This document shows positions 25,652-34,685 of a DNA stretch of 62,841 bases, piece by piece. The translations under genes were made by a program, and so were the position numbers. The stretch is from Anaerolineales bacterium UBA3082 (GTDB lineage: Bacteria; Chloroflexota; Anaerolineae; UBA7937). How positions within the stretch are numbered: position 1 is the stretch's first letter; each line of letters begins with the position of its first letter. Below the pieces are notes generated by a model. That model saw only the letters and a program-made list of their open reading frames with translations. It was not told the DNA's origin and searched no databases. The DNA lies in assembly GCA_002366595.1 (NCBI GenBank), contig DFBK01000006.1, positions 1,429 to 64,269 of the forward strand, given 5' to 3'.

Positions 25652-27991
25652 CTACTGGCGATAGATCACGTTGAGGGATGCTAGGAGGAGGGGTGAGGGT
25701 CGAAGTTCTTTACCCTGGGCGTCTCTAAACCGGAGCAGGAGTCGGTATCTCCCTGGAGGCGATGAGGGGATGAGGAGGTAGTGCTGGTCCCGCACGATCT
25801 CCTCTTGCTTCCAGGCGGTAGAGGGGTATCCTCCCTCTACCGGGGAGGTCTCTCGCCTAGTTACGGTCTCTCCTCGGGAGTCCGTCAATTCTATCGTCAG
25901 TAGGATCTCGGATTTTGGTTTCTCCCTGGCTTGCCAGAAGAGGGTCAGGTGTAAGGTGTCTCCTGGACGGAGCAGCGCTTGAGGGTCATGCTCGAAGCCT
26001 AGTTTCGATAGGTTGTAGCCCAGGAGCCTCAAGGGGCCAAAGTCGATCTCCAGGCGATGCTCCATCTGGAGGGCCTCTAGGGGAGGCGGGGTTTTGGGCT
26101 TTAGGACCCGAATAGGCGGGAGGAGGATGCGGTTGTCTGGCGCTTCTCTCCCTTCTTTTGTAGGTAGCCGCTCGCCGGAGCGAAGGCTATACATGCCCAT
26201 CTCCACCCTGTATTCTCCCGGCGGCGTGCCGGGCAGGATGAGGAGCCCATGGTTGTCGGCTATTATCTCCCCCTCTTGCCAAGTAGTGGTTATCCTGGCG
26301 CCCCCTCCGGGTTCCGCATCTCTTTGCCCCACGATATGGTCTTGGGTGTCGAGGAGGTGGATGAAGACCTTATACCGCTCCTCCACCGGCTCCAAGGCCT
26401 CCCAAAAGAGGGTGAGGGGTAAGATGTCGCCAGCCTCCACCTCCGAATTCAATAGGTTATAACCCAGAAATCGGATCCGGTCTCCCAAGAGAACCTCCCT
26501 GGGGTATTTTATCTCCTCGGAGGGGGTGGCTTTGGGGGTGGCATATAGGGCCAGACGAACGTTCCCATACCAGAGATCCAAGGCCTTGAAAGCCCGTCTA
26601 TCAAGCCACCCCTCTATGAAACGATCTGGGTCGCTTTCCTGAGTGGCCCAGAAGAGGGCGAAAAGGCGGGGGTGTTTGTCCGCTATCTCCTCCAGGGCTC
26701 GCTCGGTCTTTCTCTCATCGAGGGGCCGCTCTCCTGGAAGGGGGTAGATGGAGAGCGGGCCTTCATAATAATAGGAGAAGATGTCGATCTGGCCGGGGGC
26801 GTTGAGGAGGATGGCGTCCCCATCCTTGCTAGTGGCGGCGATATATTGAACCAGGCCACGATAATCATCCTTGGCATATTGGGGGTTGAAAAAGTAGTCG
26901 TGGAGAGAGAAACCGCTGGCCAAGGTCACAAAGAGGAGCAGGATGCCGCTAACCAGGTTACGGTTACGCTCCATCCAGACCCCGCTCACCCCCCTGGCCA
27001 AGAGGAGGAGGTAACCTGGCGTGGCTAAGAGAAGGAGTTTGGGTCTATATAGGGGGCGACTCAGGGAGAGGAGGTACATGACCAGGGGTGGGAGGAGAAG
27101 ATAGGTAAGGGCAAAGGCGATGGCGTAGCCCTCGTTTCTGCCTTTTTGGGGGATCAGCCCAAAAAGGGCGATGACCAAGAAGCCGATGAGTAAAGGGTCC
27201 ATCTGGGCGAAGAGACCGAGGCTGAAGATGCGCAAGACCTCTTGAGCGAGGAAATCGAGGCCTATAGGCTGGCTGATAGCCGGCCAGGTGCGAAGTTGCT
27301 CCCTAGCGAAGTTGAGCCAGGGGAGATAGAGCAGGATGACCAAGAGTTGGCTCAGGCTCCAGAGGGTAAGGGCACGCCATTTGCGGGCGGAAGGGGTGAG
27401 GAGGAGCCAAAGAGCGTAGGCCACGTTAGCCACTAGAAAGATGGTGAAGGCGAAGTAATGGGTGTAGAGGGCCGAGGTGATGAAGAAGGTGTAAAAAGCG
27501 AGAGTCGGCCAGAGGCTAGCCGCATGTTCCTCCCCCGTCGCCCTGGCGAACTTGAGAAAGAGAAAGAGAGAGATGGCTCCCAGAAGGGCCACGAGGATAT
27601 ACATCCTCGTCTCTTGGGAGTAGTAGACCTGAAAGGGGGAGATGGCGGCGAGGAAGGAGGCGACTAAAGCCACCCTATTATCGAAAAGGGCTATCCCCAA
27701 TAGATAGGTGAAAGAGACGAGAAGGAAACCGCAGAGAGCCGAGAGGGAGCGCACCGCTATTTCGCTACTCCCAAAGAGGCGAACCCAGAAATGGAGGAGG
27801 TAGTAGTAGAGAGGGGGGTGGATATCGTGGGCCGCGTCCCGGGCGATGGTAGCGAGATCGCGCTGGGCCAGAGTCACGCTAACCCCCTCATCAGACCAGA
27901 GGCTCTGGCCATCGAGTCGGAAGGAACGAAGGGCGAAGGCCAGGAAAAGGATGGCGCACAAAAGGGCTAGATTTACCTTGGACGAGGCCAT
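25652..27991 (-). CDS. GT-C fold glycosyltransferase (family 39/ArnT-PMT-like) with repeated C-terminal extracytoplasmic modules
   Basis: SLWSDEGVSV...HDIHPPLYYYLLHFW...AVRSLSALCG plus ~11 TM helices. The C-terminus has repeated ~105-aa modules (LLGYNL...LTLFW.A...Y.VFIHLLD...GQRD..PGGG...T..W.EGE...D). Confidence 0.85.
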   Translation of the reverse strand: MASSKVNLALLCAILFLAFALRSFRLDGQSLWSDEGVSVTLAQRDLATIARDAAHDIHPPLYYYLLHFWVRLFGSSEIAVRSLSALCGFLLVSFTYLLGIALFDNRVALVASFLAAISPFQVYYSQETRMYILVALLGAISLFLFLKFARATGEEHAASLWPTLAFYTFFITSALYTHYFAFTIFLVANVAYALWLLLTPSARKWRALTLWSLSQLLVILLYLPWLNFAREQLRTWPAISQPIGLDFLAQEVLRIFSLGLFAQMDPLLIGFLVIALFGLIPQKGRNEGYAIAFALTYLLLPPLVMYLLSLSRPLYRPKLLLLATPGYLLLLARGVSGVWMERNRNLVSGILLLFVTLASGFSLHDYFFNPQYAKDDYRGLVQYIAATSKDGDAILLNAPGQIDIFSYYYEGPLSIYPLPGERPLDERKTERALEEIADKHPRLFALFWATQESDPDRFIEGWLDRRAFKALDLWYGNVRLALYATPKATPSEEIKYPREVLLGDRIRFLGYNLLNSEVEAGDILPLTLFWEALEPVEERYKVFIHLLDTQDHIVGQRDAEPGGGARITTTWQEGEIIADNHGLLILPGTPPGEYRVEMGMYSLRSGERLPTKEGREAPDNRILLPPIRVLKPKTPPPLEALQMEHRLEIDFGPLRLLGYNLSKLGFEHDPQALLRPGDTLHLTLFWQAREKPKSEILLTIELTDSRGETVTRRETSPVEGGYPSTAWKQEEIVRDQHYLLIPSSPPGRYRLLLRFRDAQGKELRPSPLLLASLNVIYRQ

Positions 27992-29679
27992 AATAAGTAC
28001 CCTAGGATCGCAAGCAGAGCCGCCACGGTGAGGAGGCCAAGGGAGCGGCGTATGAGGTAGATAGGGGTGCGACGGACTATCAAACCGTCGATGGCTGCTT
28101 GGTCGCTGACCACGGTGATCTCCACCTGGTGCTCGCCATCGGCCAGCCCTTCGACTATCGGTACCTCAACCTGGTATTCTCGCCGGAGAGTGGAGAGGTC
28201 ATATTCTCTTCTTTGACCATCTACGAGGGCCTCTAGGATGCCGGAGCGCCCATCTTTCACCACTACAAGGGAGAGGTCGGTGCCTCGGAAGGTGAAGGAG
28301 AGGGTATCTTCAGGGAAGCCGACTCGGTAGGCGCTCAGGGAGGCGCTCTCGTCGAACTCGGTCTCCCAACGGCCGTGGTAGGTCAGAGCCCAGTGGTCCT
28401 CCTGCTTGTACCCCAGCCCTATTACTGATTGGCTGGTGGTTAACTCTTTCAGGGCCCAATATACGGGATGGGGGGTGAAGTCGGGCTCCACCAAGCGAAA
28501 ATAGTAGAAGGGTTGGTCCTTCTCCCTATCGTCAGCCCGCTTGAAGAACCAGTAACAGATCACCCCCATCCAGGGCCATTCCTCCTGGGCTCGCTCATAG
28601 GCTCGGACGGTGTACTGGGCTTGCAACTCTTCACTAACACGACCATAGACCGGCGTACCGGGAAACCCCTCAGGCAAGGCGTTCCATCCCACCTCCGCCG
28701 CCCAGATGGGCTTATCCGCATCTCCGTTTCTGACCATTATCTCCCGAATCAGTTGGGGACGGGAGAAGTTAGTTCGGGAGGGATCTACCCGTCGGTCGTC
28801 GGGCCCCGTCCAAAGGCCGTACCCCTGGACGGAGATGATATCGAAGTAACCCTTGGCCCCGGCATCGTACATCTTTTGGAGGAAGACCAGATCGCTGAGG
28901 TTTTTTGGCCCCATCTCCGTGGTGGGGGCCAGCCCCGCGCTTATGATCACCGCTTCTGGGTCCGCCTCTTTGGCCCGGGTGTAGCCCACCTTTAGGAGTT
29001 CGGTGTAGGCCTCGGGATTGACGGGCTGTTTCCCCCATTCGGGGTAGATGTTTGGCTCGTTCCAGATCTGATAATATCTAATCCGTCCTCGGTACCGGCT
29101 GACCACAGCGTACACGAAATCCCCAAAATCATTCAGATCATCCGGGGGGGCGAAAGTGCCGATCTCGTCCCCTTGGGCTCGGCTCCAGGCAGGGGGGTTA
29201 TCTAGCCGGGCGATTATCTCCAAACCGTATTCCTGGGCCAACTCCACTAGGCGGTCATATTTCTCCCAGGCTGATTTTGGGGGTTGGGTGCGACGGTCCT
29301 GGAAATCCCCCTTTCCATGGATCTCTATATCCTCCCAGGGAAACTGCTGGCGTATCCAGTGAAAGCCGGCATCCCTAATCATCTGAAGAGAGCGCCTGAT
29401 CTTCGCCTCCTCCACCTCCTGCTCTAGGAAGGTGTTGACAGCATAGGGGTTTTGGCTAGTGCGGGCGATAGGTACATAGGGTTCTGTCTCCAGAGGAGGT
29501 TGCGTCAGGCGGAGAATGAGGAGAGCGCCCAACCCCTTAACTTGTTCCTTGAGGCTCTCTTCCCCGGTCCAGTTCCGGAGGAGGTTACGGGTGGAGCCGT
29601 GAAAGAGAAGGAATATTAAGAGGCTAGCCAAGATAATGGAGAGGAGGGTATAGCCCAGGATGGAGGCTCGCGATCTCAA
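27973..29679 (-). CDS. glycoside hydrolase, cellulase-like (GH5-type TIM barrel), membrane-anchored at both ends
   Basis: GFHWIRQQFPWEDIE and YYQIWNEPNI (NEP acid/base motif). N- and C-terminal hydrophobic helices. Confidence 0.75.
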   Translation of the reverse strand: MRSRASILGYTLLSIILASLLIFLLFHGSTRNLLRNWTGEESLKEQVKGLGALLILRLTQPPLETEPYVPIARTSQNPYAVNTFLEQEVEEAKIRRSLQMIRDAGFHWIRQQFPWEDIEIHGKGDFQDRRTQPPKSAWEKYDRLVELAQEYGLEIIARLDNPPAWSRAQGDEIGTFAPPDDLNDFGDFVYAVVSRYRGRIRYYQIWNEPNIYPEWGKQPVNPEAYTELLKVGYTRAKEADPEAVIISAGLAPTTEMGPKNLSDLVFLQKMYDAGAKGYFDIISVQGYGLWTGPDDRRVDPSRTNFSRPQLIREIMVRNGDADKPIWAAEVGWNALPEGFPGTPVYGRVSEELQAQYTVRAYERAQEEWPWMGVICYWFFKRADDREKDQPFYYFRLVEPDFTPHPVYWALKELTTSQSVIGLGYKQEDHWALTYHGRWETEFDESASLSAYRVGFPEDTLSFTFRGTDLSLVVVKDGRSGILEALVDGQRREYDLSTLRREYQVEVPIVEGLADGEHQVEITVVSDQAAIDGLIVRRTPIYLIRRSLGLLTVAALLAILGYLLWPRPR

Positions 29680-29751
29680 GATAGGTTCCCCTCTTTAGAT
29701 GGTAAGTCGATTATACTTCACGGAACAAGCCGTCGCAAACCCTCAAGAGAG

Positions 29752-29779
29752 CAAGGACGCTCATTGATGAGCGTCCTTG
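29752..29779. terminator. perfect 12-bp stem-loop downstream of the lipoprotein gene
   Basis: caaggacgctca-ttga-tgagcgtccttg. The U-tract is weak on the minus strand. Confidence 0.45.
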
Positions 29780-29808
29780 TCCTAATCATATCTCTTGCCA
29801 AGACGGGC

Positions 29809-30489
29809 TTAATACTGATATACGAACTTGATGTTGGTGAACTGGCCGTACACATCGCAATCTTCAAAGTGGATCTCGTGGGTATCTGAGCGGGGGTTAC
29901 CGTCGTTGTCCACTACATCAACGTAGAAAATGACCGCGGTATGGAAAAGATGGGGGTTTTGGATGTAGTTACCATAGGGAGCAAAGCCCCAACTGCCGTC
30001 GCCTTTGCTAACATAGTGATCGACGTTGTCGAACCAGCGAAGGCGCACTCTGATGTTGCTGGCCGGTGTACCCCCTTGGCCTATGACTAACCCTTCAATA
30101 TAGATAGTGCCACAGTTAGGGGCCTGTTGCATACTCCCTTGTTCGTACAGAAACTCATGGGGTATAGGCGTAGGGGTGAAGGTCGGGGTAATTGTGGGCG
30201 TAGGAGGCACTGGCGTGGCTGTAGGAGGAGGCGAGGTAGGGGTAGGAGGCGCCGGAGTGAAGGTAGGGGTGAAGGTCGGCGTAGGGGTAGGCGAAGGGAC
30301 TACTCGGGTGTTCGTTGGGGTAGGGGTAAGAAGGGGGGTGGGCGTGTCAGTGGGGATGGGGGTAAAGGTAGGCCTTAACGTTCGGGTGGGTGTGGGGGTA
30401 GGGGTGGGGGCTTGGCCTACGAGACTACCAAAAGAGCAACCCAGAACCGCTAACAGGATCAACAAAGCCAGGGGAACGCTCCTCTTCAT
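29809..30489 (-). CDS. Pro/Thr-rich putative lipoprotein with the conserved Cys-containing C-terminal domain
   Basis: Signal peptide with LAVLGC lipobox-like site, PT linker, then NCGTIYIEGLV...NIRVRLRWF...VVDNDGNPRS...EDCD...FTNIKF. Confidence 0.8.
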   Translation of the reverse strand: MKRSVPLALLILLAVLGCSFGSLVGQAPTPTPTPTRTLRPTFTPIPTDTPTPLLTPTPTNTRVVPSPTPTPTFTPTFTPAPPTPTSPPPTATPVPPTPTITPTFTPTPIPHEFLYEQGSMQQAPNCGTIYIEGLVIGQGGTPASNIRVRLRWFDNVDHYVSKGDGSWGFAPYGNYIQNPHLFHTAVIFYVDVVDNDGNPRSDTHEIHFEDCDVYGQFTNIKFVYQY

Positions 30490-30519
30490 GACACTCCTCT
30501 CTTTCCCAAGGTTGCTAGA

Positions 30520-30549
30520 ATTATATCACATTTTCTTCGAAGAAGGCAA
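30520..30549 (-). promoter_or_regulatory. sigma-70-type promoter for the lipoprotein gene
   Basis: Minus strand: TTGCCT, 18 nt, TGaTATAAT. Confidence 0.5.
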
Positions 30550-30936
30550 GAAAATTCTACGGACCTCGATACGAGGTGAGGAAGAAGCGAGCAATTGTAT
30601 CAATCACACTGCGCCAGCACTCTATCCCTGAGCTGATAATTGTACCTCTCACCGCCAGCCAGAGTAGGCGGCCTGCTAGTGATGAACCCCATTTGCTCCG
30701 CTTCAGGCCCACCTCTCCCTCTCTCCAAAGGCCCGGCAACGAGCCATTGAACCTATCAAAGGAGAGCAAGGCCTGTGGCGAGCCTATAGACGTTACATAA
30801 TAAGATTAAAGTTAACTCTGTACGATTTACAAAAGGATGGTATACTTGGTGCTGTCATATGGCCAACCCTCTCTTTTGACTCTTTCGCCGAGCAAGCCTA
30901 CGAGGGCCAAGATCATCGTATGGGTAGGAGGCTCGC

Positions 30937-31761
30937 ATGCCGGTCATAGATTTTCACCTGCGCCTCCTAAAATACGAGACCTATCAGCCCGGGGCTAAGG
31001 GTTATCTGGAGTCGGTCATCGGCGAGGATATGGAGGGGTATATCGCACAGATAGCCACGCCTGAGGTGGTGGTGGATATGCTGGAGGAGAGCGGGGTGGA
31101 TTATGCCGTAGTCCTGGCGGAACCGAGCCCCATCACCACAGGTATGATGAGCAATGAAGGGGTGGCGGAGTTCTGCCGGGCATCGGAACGGCTCATCCCC
31201 TTCGCCAACATCTCCCTCGGGATCCTGTAAGGAAACCCCTATCTGGTGGCCAGCCCGGCGGAGGAACTGGAACGGTGGGTGAAGGGACTTGGCTTCCGGG
31301 GCCTGAAACTCTACCCCACCTATCAGCATTTCTACCCTCTCTACGCCAGGGCAGAGGAACTGGGGATACCGGTGATAATCCACACCGGCTCTTCTGTCTT
31401 CCGCGGATCGCGGCTGAAATACGGCGATCCCCTCTTCATAGATGACTTGGCTGTGGATTTCCCTAACCTAGTGCTCATCCAGGTGCACAGCGGCCGGGGA
31501 TTCTGGTACGATCGGGCTTTCTTTTTAGCCCGGCTCCATGAAAACGTCTATATGGAGATAGCCGGACTGCCGCCCCAGAAACTCTTAACCTATTTCCCAG
31601 ATTTGGAGAGGAACTCCGCAAAAGTGCTCTTCGGCTCCGACTGGCCGGGGGTGAGGAGCATCAAAGCCAATATCGAGGCCCTGAGAGCCTTGCCCATAAG
31701 CGAGGAGGCGAAGAGGAAGGTATTGGGGGAGAACGCAGCCCGGATTTTGGGAGTTGAGTAG
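30937..31761 (+). pseudogene. amidohydrolase (Amidohydro_2-like) interrupted by one in-frame TAA
   Basis: ORFs 30937-31230 and 31246-31761 are in the same frame. The combined product reads ...IPFANISLGIL*GNPYLVASPAEELERWVKGLGFRGLKLYP...HTGSS...LFGSDWP, as in metal-dependent amidohydrolases. The stop is at 31228-31230. Confidence 0.7.
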
Positions 31762-31765
31762 GTTT

Positions 31766-34600
31766 CTACTCGATTCGGATCATGGTCAAGATCACCCTGT
31801 CTCCCTCTAGCCGGTTTCCCTCCTCATCGAAGGCGGGAAGGCGCGCCCCCGTTTCGGCTTGGTACATCCCCACCTCTAGGAGGTAAGAGCCAAGAGGAGC
31901 ATCGAGGGGGATGGGGATCTCGTATTCGTCCCGTACCACCTCCCCTTCCAGCCAGCCGGTGGTGGGGTATCTACCCCCTTGTGGGGGGTTATCTTTCTGA
32001 CCCCAGAGTCGCCCTTCCTCATCGAGAAGGTGGGTGAAGACGGTATAACTGGTGCTCATCTCCCTCTGGGCTTGCCAGTAAACTACTAGTTGCAACTCCC
32101 CTCCTGCTTGGGCCTTGCCCTCCAGGTCATATCCCAGAAGGGTCACCTGCTCTCCCAGGTTGACCGCTAAGGGGTGCGCCGGGGAGGGGAGGGTGAACTC
32201 TCTAGGCTGCTCCAAGACGCGAATACGACTCAGGGAGATGCTATCCCCCGAATCTCCGACTAGAGGAAGATACTCCCCCGTTTCCATATCGAAGACCCGT
32301 ACCAGGAGGGGATATCTCCCTGGAGGGGTTTCAGGGGGTATAGGGTAGTCGAAACGGTCGCGGACGATCTCCCCGGCTTTCCAGCGGCCGGTAGGGTAAT
32401 CCCCATCTAAGGGTTGGCGGCGGAGTTCCCCGAACTTATTTCCTTCCTCATCGGCCAGAAAGACCGAGAGGGCGTAATCTCCCTCCGGTTGGCCTTGCGC
32501 TTGCCACCAGAGGGAAAGGTGTATCTTCCCTCCCGGACGCGCTTGGCGACGGCTGATCGCCCACCCCAAGAAAGTCAATTTATGGTCCAAGTTCCTCCGA
32601 CGAGGCTGGGGTATCTCCAGGGCCTCTAAAGGAACGGAGGTCGCCTTGGCTACGACGATAGGTTCGGAGGAAAGAGCGTCCAGGTAAGGTTCTTCCGCCA
32701 TCTTAACCCTCTTTCCCGTAGCCCGGTCATAGAGGCCCACCTGCAGGCGATATTCTCGAGGTGGCGTATCGGGGGGGATGGGGAGGGTGAACCATTCGGC
32801 CACTAGGTCGCCCTCTTGCCAACTGGAAGGGGGATAGCCTAGGGAGTCGGCTTGGGCCCAAAGATAGCCTCGCAGATCCACCAGATGGAGGAAGAAGGAG
32901 TAATCTATATCCCCTCTTTCCCTGCTGAGGACACGCCAGTAGAGGACGAGTTGTAACGGCTCCCCTGCCCGAGGTGGAGAGGCGAGATCATACCCCAGGA
33001 TCTCGATCTTGTTATCGAGATTGGCTAAAAGGGGATAGTGGGGTTGGATCTTTTGAAGGCCAGCCAAATCGCCTGAACCCAAATGGTAGGCCTGAAAGGC
33101 TGGCTCGCCCTGGGGCTCGAGGATGATATCCGCTACTGGCAGGCCGGAGAAATAGTCGCCTTTCCATTCCTCTCGCAAGGGGCCCGTGGCAGGGAAGATG
33201 TAGGTCACCTCCTCGCTAGCAGGGAAGACGAGGGACCTCTGTCCGTTGAACCATCTGATGAAGCGGGGCTTCCCCAACATATAGTTTAAGACTTGTTGAT
33301 CCAAATCAGCCGCGAACTCGCCAGAGATGCAGGTAGTACCCTCCGGCAGTTGGCTCAAGTACCGGGCTACCTCTGTCAGATCGGCTCGATAGATATTCCG
33401 CACCTCAGGGTTTTGGGCCCAGAGGAGAAAATAATCGCGGTAGGTGAAAAGGGTGGTGGCCAAGAAGAGGGCCGCTATAGCCCCCATAGCCACCCTTTTA
33501 ATGATCTTCCTTTGAGCGAGCCCTCTCCAAGCGGTCACGATGGCTAGCGAAGGGAGGGTATATATCGCTCCCAGGGCGCCCATGGCCCTCAGGGTAGAGG
33601 GGCTGTCCCGAGTTATGGCGCTGGTTATGAGGTTTAGGGACAGCCAGAGGAGAAGAAAAGCGTACTCTGGTTTCTTGAACCTGGCTAGAGAGATAATGAG
33701 GCCTCCGTAGAAGAGGAGAGAGGTTAGGGGGTCGAACACCGGTCGCCCCGCCAGGTTATATCGCCACTCCGGGTCACCGTGAAGGCTGAACATCCCTAGA
33801 ACATTCAAGGTGTCTTTGAGTACAGGTTGGGGGTCGCCTTGGAAGAGGAGGCGGAGGTGATCGCTGAGATCGCGCAGCCTGGCCGTGGAGGCGAGCGGGT
33901 TTCTCTGTAAGTGATAGCCCATGGGGAGAAAGAGCACCGCGGCCACCATGAAGAGGAGGATGATACCCTTCAGGTTGCTGCGGAGGAGATTTCTGTGCCA
34001 GATGAAAAGGTAGAGCACGAAGAACACGATAGTTGCAGCCACCAGGGGAGCCGAGGTGTAGGTATATTGAGCCAGGCCCAAAATGAGGCCCGAGGCCAGG
34101 AACCAAACCGCACCTCTTCTTAGCCCCTGCCAAAAGAGGTAGAAGCAGGCGAGTTCCAGGAGAAGGAGAGTAATGGGGCGCAACCCCACGCGGCTATCGA
34201 AGATATGCCAGAAAGAGATCGCTACCCCGGCGGCGGTGAGGAGGGCCACCTCTGGGCCGAAGAGTTCCTCAGTCAAGCGGTAGAGCATGGCGATGCTCAG
34301 GATCCCGGAAAGGACAGCCACTAGGCGGAGAGCGAAATAGTTCTCCCCCAGAAGGGCGATAGAAAGAGCGGTTAGATAAGGGTAGAGAGCCTCCTCCCCG
34401 CCGTTGGCATCGAAGAAAGCGGGGAACTCTCCCTTAAGGATATAGGTGGCGAAATTGGCTTTGAATATCTCATCATGCTGAAGGCCAGGGGGAGCAGCCT
34501 GGAAATGGTAAGTCCGAAAGAAGGTGGCCAAGAGAAGGATGAGGATGGTCAGGGCTATCGCCCAAAAGGTTCGTCGATTTTGAAGATCGCTCTTTTCCAA
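31766..34600 (-). CDS. GT-C fold glycosyltransferase (ArnT/GT39-like) with multiple C-terminal repeat modules
   Basis: PGLQHDEIFKA...GGEEALYPYL N-terminal loop and multi-TM core. C-terminal ~105-aa repeats each contain LLGYDL...YW.A......Y..F.HL.D..G...GQ.D..P...YPT..W..GE.V.D...IPIP. Confidence 0.85.
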   Translation of the reverse strand: MEKSDLQNRRTFWAIALTILILLLATFFRTYHFQAAPPGLQHDEIFKANFATYILKGEFPAFFDANGGEEALYPYLTALSIALLGENYFALRLVAVLSGILSIAMLYRLTEELFGPEVALLTAAGVAISFWHIFDSRVGLRPITLLLLELACFYLFWQGLRRGAVWFLASGLILGLAQYTYTSAPLVAATIVFFVLYLFIWHRNLLRSNLKGIILLFMVAAVLFLPMGYHLQRNPLASTARLRDLSDHLRLLFQGDPQPVLKDTLNVLGMFSLHGDPEWRYNLAGRPVFDPLTSLLFYGGLIISLARFKKPEYAFLLLWLSLNLITSAITRDSPSTLRAMGALGAIYTLPSLAIVTAWRGLAQRKIIKRVAMGAIAALFLATTLFTYRDYFLLWAQNPEVRNIYRADLTEVARYLSQLPEGTTCISGEFAADLDQQVLNYMLGKPRFIRWFNGQRSLVFPASEEVTYIFPATGPLREEWKGDYFSGLPVADIILEPQGEPAFQAYHLGSGDLAGLQKIQPHYPLLANLDNKIEILGYDLASPPRAGEPLQLVLYWRVLSRERGDIDYSFFLHLVDLRGYLWAQADSLGYPPSSWQEGDLVAEWFTLPIPPDTPPREYRLQVGLYDRATGKRVKMAEEPYLDALSSEPIVVAKATSVPLEALEIPQPRRRNLDHKLTFLGWAISRRQARPGGKIHLSLWWQAQGQPEGDYALSVFLADEEGNKFGELRRQPLDGDYPTGRWKAGEIVRDRFDYPIPPETPPGRYPLLVRVFDMETGEYLPLVGDSGDSISLSRIRVLEQPREFTLPSPAHPLAVNLGEQVTLLGYDLEGKAQAGGELQLVVYWQAQREMSTSYTVFTHLLDEEGRLWGQKDNPPQGGRYPTTGWLEGEVVRDEYEIPIPLDAPLGSYLLEVGMYQAETGARLPAFDEEGNRLEGDRVILTMIRIE

Positions 34601-34685
34601 CTCCTCTCTCCTATCGTTGGGAACGATTATAACAAACTTCGTGGCTAGGGGGTAGATTATGAATGCCTAGGCTGCGAGTAGGGTG

